Assembly: GCA_963744995.1 (NCBI GenBank)
Contig: CAVUWA010000010.1
Coordinates: forward strand, 32,001 to 96,000
Reading direction: 5' to 3'
DNA from: Candidatus Eiseniibacteriota bacterium
Lineage (GTDB): Bacteria > Eisenbacteria > RBG-16-71-46
DNA length: 64,000 nucleotides
Shown piece by piece: positions 57,760-64,000 of this stretch. The notes under the pieces were generated by a model. It made no database searches, had not been told where the DNA came from, and saw only the letters and a list, made by a program, of their open reading frames with translations. Position 1 is the first letter of the stretch. Every line of letters starts with the position of its first letter. The translations under genes and the position numbers were made by a program.

Positions 57760-60285
57760 CTACAGGCGCACGATGCGACGCGACGCGACGAAATCCTGCC
57801 CCACAATCCTCACGAAGTAGATCCCACTCGCCGCGGCGGCTCCCGGCGCGGCGCTCGTGCCACCGTTCCAGATGATGGACTGGGCACCGGCGCGCATCCG
57901 GGCCTCGGGCGAACTCCACACCCGGCGACCGGCGATGTCGATGACTTCCACTCGAACGTTCTGTTCGGCGGGCAGGCTGAAGGCGAACGACACGCGGTCG
58001 ACGAATGGATTCGGCCATGCCCTGAGCCTGTTCGTCGTGACCAGGCGGGCCGGATCCACCTTGGCGGTCATGGTCGGGAAGTGGTACCCGCCGAAGAACG
58101 CCATCGGTTGGCCATCCAGCGAGCCGAATGTGCCTCCGATGTACACGTCATCTTCGTTCGCGTGGAGGCAGGAGATATTGAACGAACCCTCATGGTCCGG
58201 ATTCCACGCCAGCACTTCGCCGGTCACGGCATCGACCGCAGCGAGCCCGATGCGGGATTGCCCGCCCACCGTGGTGAACGCTCCGCCGATGCAGACGAAG
58301 CCCGCTCCTTCCCCGATCAGCGTGGCGGTGCCGTTGAGGCTCGGCGTCCAGTCGAGCGCCTCGGCCGTCAGCGGATCCAGCGCGGCGAGCCAGCTCTGCG
58401 GCTGTCCACCGATCGAGGTGAACTGTCCGCCGGCATAGATTCGGGTCGGGGTGGCGAGAAGGGCGGAGACATCGTCGTTTGGATCGGGGTCCCAGGTGAA
58501 GTCCGCCTGACTCGTCAGGGTATCCAGTGCGGCCAGGCTGTGCCGGTAGAGGCCGCCGATATACCCGAACCGCCCGCCCACGAAGAGTCGAGAGCCTCGA
58601 AGACTCAGCGCATTCACGGCGTTGAGGTTGCCGGGCGCGTCGCTGGGACGCGGGTCCCAGTCACCGATTCCCGCGCCCGTGTTGCGCTCCACCGCCCCGA
58701 GATCGGTCCTCGAGACGCCACCCGGCAGCATCATCGTCAGGTCCCCACCCAGGAAGATCATCGAACCCGAAGGCTCCAGGGCATAGAGGTAGTTCGAGGG
58801 CGCGAAGCTGGACCCGCCGAATCCGGGCAGGGCGAGACCCGTGACGGAATCGAGTGCCGCGAGCTGCGGCCCGCCGACACCGCCAATGGAGTTGAACGAC
58901 CCGCTCGCGTACACGGTGGCATCCCGAGTGCGCAGCTGAAGCACGTCCCCCGAAGCGTTCGGATTCCAGGAAGTCGGTATGCCGGTCGTCGCATCGAGCG
59001 CGGCGATTCTGTTCCGCGTGACGGCATTCATGCTGCGAAAGGTGCCACCCGCGAAGATGGAGGTGCCGTCCGAGGCGAGCGCGTTGAGCTCGCCTCCCGC
59101 GTGGGGATCCCATGCGGTGGCTTGCGCCGTCATGGTGTCCAGGGCGGCGATGCACGTTCTGGACTGCGCGCCGATGGTCTTGAAGGACCCCCCTGCCAGA
59201 AGCCTGGGGCCATGAAAGGCCAGGGTGCGAATGCGCGTGCCGTTGAACGGACCTCCGCCCGCGTTCGGGTTCCAGGGCGTGACGGCGCCCGTCGCTGAGT
59301 CAACGGCAGCGAGGTAGTTCCGTTGCGCCCCGCTGAAGAAGCTCGTGAAGTCACCTCCCATATAGACGACTCCGTTCCGTGCGACGACCGCTCTGACCGT
59401 GCCCAGCTGGCGTGGGTACCAGGCGCTCGCCAGCCCCGTCACCGCGTTCAGGGCCCCGAGGCTCGAGCGCGTCTGCCCCCCGATCTGCGTGAAATCACCC
59501 CAGGCATACACATCGGGGCCGTTGCGCAGCACGCCGTTCACCTGCAGGTTGGCATTCGGATTCCACGCTGTTGCGGCACCCGTCAGGGTGTCGATCTCCG
59601 CGATGCGGTTGCGAAGCTGTCCGCCGATCTGGGTGAAGCGCCCGCCGGCGTACAGGGTGTTCAGGCCGACCGCGATGGACACGACCTCCACATTGGCGTT
59701 CGCGTCCCAGGCCGTCGCCAGGCCGGTGCTCCGATCCACCGCCGCGATGTTGTTGCGCGCCTGCCCGCCCGCGCTGGAAAAGAACCCTCCGAGGAAGATC
59801 TGGCTGCCCCAGACGACGATCGTGTTGACCCGCAACGCCCCGCCGCTCTGGACGTTCGGATTCCATTCCGAGATCGTGTGGTCGGCCTTGATGTGCGCGG
59901 CGCATGATCTCGCGGCGCCGTTGATCGCCGTGAAATTGCCACCGATGTACCAGCCGCCGGCGCCGTCCGGTGCCGCGGCCAGCACGTCTCCCCGGACTTT
60001 CGGATAGCCGGTCGGGACCATGCCCGCGGTCGGATCGACAACGACACCACTTCCCGTCGGCGGCCCGATCTCGGTGAAGCGGCCGCCGAGGTAGATCGTG
60101 TTGCCCGACCGGATGATGGCGCTCACGAAGCTGCTCGGGACCCACAGGGTCGTGTCGAGGACCTGCGCTTGCGCAGGGCCGGGAAGCGAGCTGAGAAACA
60201 GGGATGCCAGCAGCCCGGCCGGAATCCGAATCATGGAGCGGAGTCCGGTACGGAGGATACTGAGAGATCGAACAGGTGCCGGCAT
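57760..60285 (-). CDS. Secreted beta-propeller repeat protein (GG.F..IGGQ.R…LD..TG.AT.W.PN repeats) with FlgD-like tail
   Basis: About 13 ~50-aa repeats; signal peptide ending AQA; tail WPNPF…IDIAGRRV…SGIYFVRI. Start is 60285 or 60234. Confidence 0.85.
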   Translation of the reverse strand: MPAPVRSLSILRTGLRSMIRIPAGLLASLFLSSLPGPAQAQVLDTTLWVPSSFVSAIIRSGNTIYLGGRFTEIGPPTGSGVVVDPTAGMVPTGYPKVRGDVLAAAPDGAGGWYIGGNFTAINGAARSCAAHIKADHTISEWNPNVQSGGALRVNTIVVWGSQIFLGGFFSSAGGQARNNIAAVDRSTGLATAWDANANVEVVSIAVGLNTLYAGGRFTQIGGQLRNRIAEIDTLTGAATAWNPNANLQVNGVLRNGPDVYAWGDFTQIGGQTRSSLGALNAVTGLASAWYPRQLGTVRAVVARNGVVYMGGDFTSFFSGAQRNYLAAVDSATGAVTPWNPNAGGGPFNGTRIRTLAFHGPRLLAGGSFKTIGAQSRTCIAALDTMTAQATAWDPHAGGELNALASDGTSIFAGGTFRSMNAVTRNRIAALDATTGIPTSWNPNASGDVLQLRTRDATVYASGSFNSIGGVGGPQLAALDSVTGLALPGFGGSSFAPSNYLYALEPSGSMIFLGGDLTMMLPGGVSRTDLGAVERNTGAGIGDWDPRPSDAPGNLNAVNALSLRGSRLFVGGRFGYIGGLYRHSLAALDTLTSQADFTWDPDPNDDVSALLATPTRIYAGGQFTSIGGQPQSWLAALDPLTAEALDWTPSLNGTATLIGEGAGFVCIGGAFTTVGGQSRIGLAAVDAVTGEVLAWNPDHEGSFNISCLHANEDDVYIGGTFGSLDGQPMAFFGGYHFPTMTAKVDPARLVTTNRLRAWPNPFVDRVSFAFSLPAEQNVRVEVIDIAGRRVWSSPEARMRAGAQSIIWNGGTSAAPGAAAASGIYFVRIVGQDFVASRRIVRL

Positions 60286-60390
60286 TGGATGCGCCCTCGT
60301 GGTCGACGCGAACTGCAGCTCCGGGCAGCCGCCCGGGGCAGAGTCGGGTCCCCTGCAGCAATTACGTTCGCGAAGCACGAAACGAACGGA

Positions 60391-60478
60391 TCAGGCGGCA
60401 GTTCTCGATGCGGTCGTAGGCTGGGTGCGGCGGGCGTGAGAGTGCTAGTTCATCGGCGGGCGTGAGAGTGCCCGTTCA
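60391..60478 (+). repeat. Dispersed ~60-bp element, copy E, with tandem duplication of its 3' part
   Basis: TCAGG…CTCGATGCGGTCGTAGGCTGGGTGCGGCGGGCGTGAGAGT; CGGCGGGCGTGAGAGTGC..GTTCA occurs at 60428 and 60454. Confidence 0.7.
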
Positions 60479-60482
60479 CAGG

Positions 60483-61043
60483 TCACCGGATCCGCACGAA
60501 CTTCTGCACGCCTTCCACGTGTCCGTCAACGAGCAGTCGCGCGAAGTAGATCCCGGAGGCGACCCGCGCCTCGGACGCGGGGTCGAAGACGAGCCGGTGC
60601 CGGCCCGCGGCGAGCGACCGGGCAGCGTCCGTCGAGACTGCGCGGCCCTGCAGGTCCAGAACGAGGAGCGAGACAACGGCCGGGCGCGGGAGGCCGACCA
60701 CGAAGGCCAGCGCGCCGTGCGACGGGTTGGGAGTGGGTGCCGCGAACTCGATCGCGGTGGGCGGCGTGAGCACGCCCCCGGGCGGATCCACTGCCGTCGC
60801 CTCCGGTGCACGGAACGTCCAGAAGCCGTGCGCGGCGGCGTGCGCGGGCGCAGCGCTCGCTCCGATCACGGCCTGCCCGACGGTGCCCATGAGCAGGCGA
60901 CCGCTACCGGTCACGGTCGTCGCGCCGCTCGCGATCACCGCGCGCGTGATCGTCGCGCCCGGTGCCTCGGCGGCCGCGGCGCCGCTCAGCGTGACGGTGA
61001 GGATGAGGGCGAGTCCGGCCCATAGTCGCGCGGGGGCGCTCAT
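60483..61043 (-). CDS. Small secreted protein: 'VIASG…GTVGQ…GFW' domain + FlgD-like tail
   Basis: Signal peptide; GTVGQAVIG…HGFW; PNPS…LDLQGRAV…SGIYFARL; ATGA overlap with the upstream gene. Confidence 0.8.
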   Translation of the reverse strand: MSAPARLWAGLALILTVTLSGAAAAEAPGATITRAVIASGATTVTGSGRLLMGTVGQAVIGASAAPAHAAAHGFWTFRAPEATAVDPPGGVLTPPTAIEFAAPTPNPSHGALAFVVGLPRPAVVSLLVLDLQGRAVSTDAARSLAAGRHRLVFDPASEARVASGIYFARLLVDGHVEGVQKFVRIR

Positions 61044-61954
61044 CGCGTCGACGATTCCGGTACCGGGGGCATCGCCGTCGGCATGCCTCCGGGTGCTGCG
61101 GCGACCGCGCCGTAGCTCGTGGGATAGTACGTCGCGAGGAGGGAGAGGAACGTGATCGACTCCTGCGTGGGGCTGTAGGCGCCGTAGCGCGCGGTGCAGA
61201 ACGAGTACTTGTGCAGCCCCGCGGTGACCGGGAACACGCGCTGGATCCCGAACGACCAGTCCCAGTAGCCGTTGTTCGGCGCGAACTGGAACCCGATCCA
61301 CTGGTAGTAGCCGTACTCCGCGGGGACGGTGGTCGTCGCGTTGGCCGTGGTCTCGGAGAGCTGGATGATCCCGTACTGCGAGGTGTTCTGAACGACCAGG
61401 GTCATCGTGAGGTAGCCCGTCGCCGACACGACGACATAGCCGTCGGCCGGCGCGTTGAAGTCCAGAGTCTGATCCTTGAACAGATTGATCGGGTTCCCGA
61501 AGTTGCCGTTGCCGAGCACCGAGTACGACCCGGCGTACAGCAGATGGGCGATCCCGGGGAGCGGCGTTCGCGTGGCCATCGCGTAGGGCGCGGAGGTCAG
61601 GGGCGCCCTGGGTGCCATCTCGGGGTCGGCGCCCACCGTGATGCCGAGCCAGTACTGCCGGTCGAACGGCATGGAGAGCGGCGTCACCGAGCCAAGCACG
61701 ACCGAGAAGAGCCCGTTGGTCACGGTCACGCTTCCCTGGGTCTCGGTCCACAGGGCGGCGCCCCCGCTCGACACGTCGTAGAGCCGGAAGGTCAGGGCGT
61801 AGGGGCCGTTCGGGACGTTGATTCCACCGCCGTCGGTGAGCTGGCCCTGGTAGCTCATGGTGCTCGGGGGCGCGGCGTGCGCGGCCTGCGCGAGCGGAAC
61901 CAGGGCGAGCCCGCACAGCGCGAGGAGGATGGCGGTACGGCGGAACCAGGACAT
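61040..61954 (-). CDS. Secreted protein with N-terminal 'YQG.L' fibre/adhesin-type domain
   Basis: SYQGQLTD…LTFRLYD…LWTETQ…NGLFSVVLG…WLGITV…EM.PR.PLTSAPYA followed by a variable C-terminal domain. Confidence 0.8.
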   Translation of the reverse strand: MSWFRRTAILLALCGLALVPLAQAAHAAPPSTMSYQGQLTDGGGINVPNGPYALTFRLYDVSSGGAALWTETQGSVTVTNGLFSVVLGSVTPLSMPFDRQYWLGITVGADPEMAPRAPLTSAPYAMATRTPLPGIAHLLYAGSYSVLGNGNFGNPINLFKDQTLDFNAPADGYVVVSATGYLTMTLVVQNTSQYGIIQLSETTANATTTVPAEYGYYQWIGFQFAPNNGYWDWSFGIQRVFPVTAGLHKYSFCTARYGAYSPTQESITFLSLLATYYPTSYGAVAAAPGGMPTAMPPVPESSTR

Positions 61955-62029
61955 GCGGGTTCTCCCCCGGGGTGGCGGCCCCCGGCCGAGAGGAACCGGG
62001 CCTCGTGCCGCGCAAACATCCCCGAGCCG

Positions 62030-63463
62030 TCAGCGGTCCGGAGCAGCCACCGACCCCGAATAGAGGAATTCGCACGGTCCGGCAGGAAACAGGGCCCGTG
62101 TCTTTCGGTACACTTCGAGCGCCGGCCCCGTGAGCGACCTGAGGATACTCGGCTTGTCGACGACCGGGGCGTCGAACGAACCATGGATTTCCTGCCGTAC
62201 GATGGCGCACCCCTTCTCGTCGATCACTGCCACGGTCAGGTCTGCGAACCGCTCGTGGACGAGATCGAGACCTCCGTTGAGAGCCAACCGGTTGCTGGGC
62301 GTCGCAAGCGCCACATCCTCGGCCGTGGCGATGCCGCGTTCGACATTCCAGTCGGAGACGAGCGTGACGATGCTGCTGTTTCCGCCGGTGCCTCGCAACA
62401 GGCTGGCGAAGTTGTAGCCCTTCGTCACCGCCAGGCCCAGCGGACCCGCCAGGAAGATGGCGCCGATGTCCACCAGATTGAGATTTTGGCTGGATTCGAA
62501 CCGCGACAGCGCAAGGTCGATGTCGTTTCCCACGAGGGTCAGGTCGTTGCCTCGCAGGGACACGCGTCCGCTCATGGTGCGAACGATCTCGCGCGCGGTG
62601 CCGCCCTGCGCCTTCAGGTTCGCCGAAAAGTCCATCTCCCCTTCCACCGCCCGATCCTGAGACACGCGCTCCAGGAAATCGCCGATGGCGAACCGCGGCA
62701 GGGAGCATTGCATCTGGCAGACGGGAACCGGACCCGTGAGGTCCGCCTCGAGGTCGCCGGTCATCCGCGCGCCGAAGATCTCCATGGCGACCGGCTGGAG
62801 GCGGATGATCCCGCCGTTGCCATCGACCGTGGCTTCAAGGTCGGTCAGCAGGAAGCCCGGCGCCCGGACCTCCCCGCACGTGATCTTCGCCTGAAGCGCG
62901 AGGTCCTTCCAGGGGCGCTCGTGGTCCGTACGCCCGAAGCGAAGGCGGCCCACCGTCACATCGAAGTCTCTGACCTCGGTCGTATCGCCGGAGCTCAGGT
63001 CCGCGTAGCTCAGGGTCCCGTTCGAGAGTGACACGCGGGCGCCATCGAGTGCGCCCACCAGTGCCATGGCCTTCTTCAGTCGCTCGACGTTGATGTGTCC
63101 CCCGGCATCCCGCACGACGGAAAGCACGGGCCGCTCGAAGTCGGCCTTGCTGAGCCTGACTTCCCGGCGCAACAGGGGCAGCAGTGCAACTCCGATCCGG
63201 GTCCGTTTTGCAGAGGCGACGACCACGCCCCGTTCGTCGAGGACGCGGCCGTTCTCAGCCGTGACGTGGACGCCCGGGAAGAGCCCTGCGCTCAACCGGC
63301 CATCGATGCGGACGTCCATCCCCACGGCGTCGGAGATGGCCGCCTCCAGCCGGGGCTTGTACTGATTGAAGTTCACGAACAGCGGAACAACCAGGGCGGC
63401 GAGTGCCAGCAGTCCGATGACTACGCCAGCAGTCAGCACAAGTCGCTTCATCGTGCGAGACAT
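62030..63463 (-). CDS. AsmA family protein
   Basis: N-terminal TM, NFNQYKPRLE, LLPLL, PVL…G.IN; C-terminal …GIA…L….GGLDL…G.FD.P. Confidence 0.82.
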   Translation of the reverse strand: MSRTMKRLVLTAGVVIGLLALAALVVPLFVNFNQYKPRLEAAISDAVGMDVRIDGRLSAGLFPGVHVTAENGRVLDERGVVVASAKRTRIGVALLPLLRREVRLSKADFERPVLSVVRDAGGHINVERLKKAMALVGALDGARVSLSNGTLSYADLSSGDTTEVRDFDVTVGRLRFGRTDHERPWKDLALQAKITCGEVRAPGFLLTDLEATVDGNGGIIRLQPVAMEIFGARMTGDLEADLTGPVPVCQMQCSLPRFAIGDFLERVSQDRAVEGEMDFSANLKAQGGTAREIVRTMSGRVSLRGNDLTLVGNDIDLALSRFESSQNLNLVDIGAIFLAGPLGLAVTKGYNFASLLRGTGGNSSIVTLVSDWNVERGIATAEDVALATPSNRLALNGGLDLVHERFADLTVAVIDEKGCAIVRQEIHGSFDAPVVDKPSILRSLTGPALEVYRKTRALFPAGPCEFLYSGSVAAPDR

Positions 63464-63534
63464 CAGCCACACACCACTTTCGGCGCCGTCAATCCTTGCG
63501 CATGCGCGGGGCCCATCGCGATCGTCCAGAGCAT
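63463..63534 (-). pseudogene. 23-codon ORF beginning MLWTIA; possible degraded lmo0937-like small membrane protein or leader peptide
   Basis: Strong AGGAGGT RBS; stop overlaps the AsmA start (TGATG); hydrophobic core absent. Confidence 0.35.
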
Positions 63535-63599
63535 GTTTCACCTCCTGTGTGGGCGGGCCGGACCGGTGGGCGACATTTGAGTGCCCACCGGTCGTGCCG

Positions 63600-63950
63600 T
63601 CATCGCCGGGGACTGCCCCGAGCGGCTCGCCCTCGTTTGAGCGCATCCACCTCCGCGCGCAGGAGTTCGAGTTCCAGCGTCTGTTTGCCGATCAGCACCT
63701 GAAGCTCACGGACGTACTGCGCCGTGCCGAGCTTGTGGCCCGGGTTCAAGCCCATGTCGGCAGCGCCAGGGGCGGCCGCCCCCTGCGGTATGAGTCGTTT
63801 CCACCGCTGCAGCAGACTTCGCGCAATCCCCAGCTTGCGGCTCAGGTCTGCGATCGATGTTTCGCCGCGCAGGACCTTTCCGATCTGCTCATTCTTGAAC
63901 TGGGCCGAGTAGATCCGCCGGCCGTCCGACTTGCGTGGAATACGTGCCAT
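63600..63950 (-). mobile_element. IS3-type transposase OrfA (HTH) without OrfB
   Basis: RRIYSAQFK…SIADLSRKLGIARSLLQRWK…VRELQVLIGKQTLELELL; no integrase ORF downstream. Confidence 0.75.
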
Positions 63951-64000
63951 TCGGGCTCCGCGTGCGCTACTGGCGTACGGCGACGGCCTCACTGGTGGTG

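Noticed and set aside
27901..64000. Integron cassette array
   Set aside because: No integron integrase and no attC-like RYYYAAC…GTTRRRY palindromes were recognised, and genes lie on both strands.
1..64000. tRNA, rRNA or riboswitch
   Set aside because: None was recognised by eye; a covariance-model search (tRNAscan-SE, Rfam) would be needed to exclude them.

Overview
Very GC-rich bacterial DNA. Numerous secreted proteins with a C-terminal FlgD-Ig/'CTD'-like tail suggest an FCB-related lineage such as Ca. Eisenbacteria or Krumholzibacteria (inference only). 1-6 kb: a sulfatase 3' end, a frameshifted octa-heme cytochrome c/HEAT/TPR gene, an MBL-fold hydrolase and a frameshifted secreted protein. 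6-18 kb: a TetR-led anaerobic benzoyl-CoA degradation operon (had, oah, SDR, thiolase + DUF35, dch, class I benzoyl-CoA reductase bcrCBAD), followed by a small CxxC protein and a MenA/UbiA-type prenyltransferase. 20-28 kb holds the most novel-looking locus: an RsbW/STAS pair, then ECF sigma, anti-sigma, a membrane-anchored protein made of about 39 tandem 9-aa KLAADP[GNA][FY][SMA] repeats, an HExxH-peptidase/beta-propeller/beta-barrel fusion, and a PrsW protease. 28-64 kb is a plastic accessory region. It contains a diverged internal duplicate of prsW bracketing a small island, a DUF5674 gene pair, a serine hydrolase split by an in-frame TAG, seven FlgD-tailed secreted proteins (mostly beta-propeller/repeat types), two GT-C glycosyltransferases, IS110/IS3 remnants, gene debris, and a dispersed ~60-bp promoter-like element in 5 copies plus one core-only site. 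No rRNA, tRNA or CRISPR array was seen. All assignments come from motif recognition by eye; no database searches were run.
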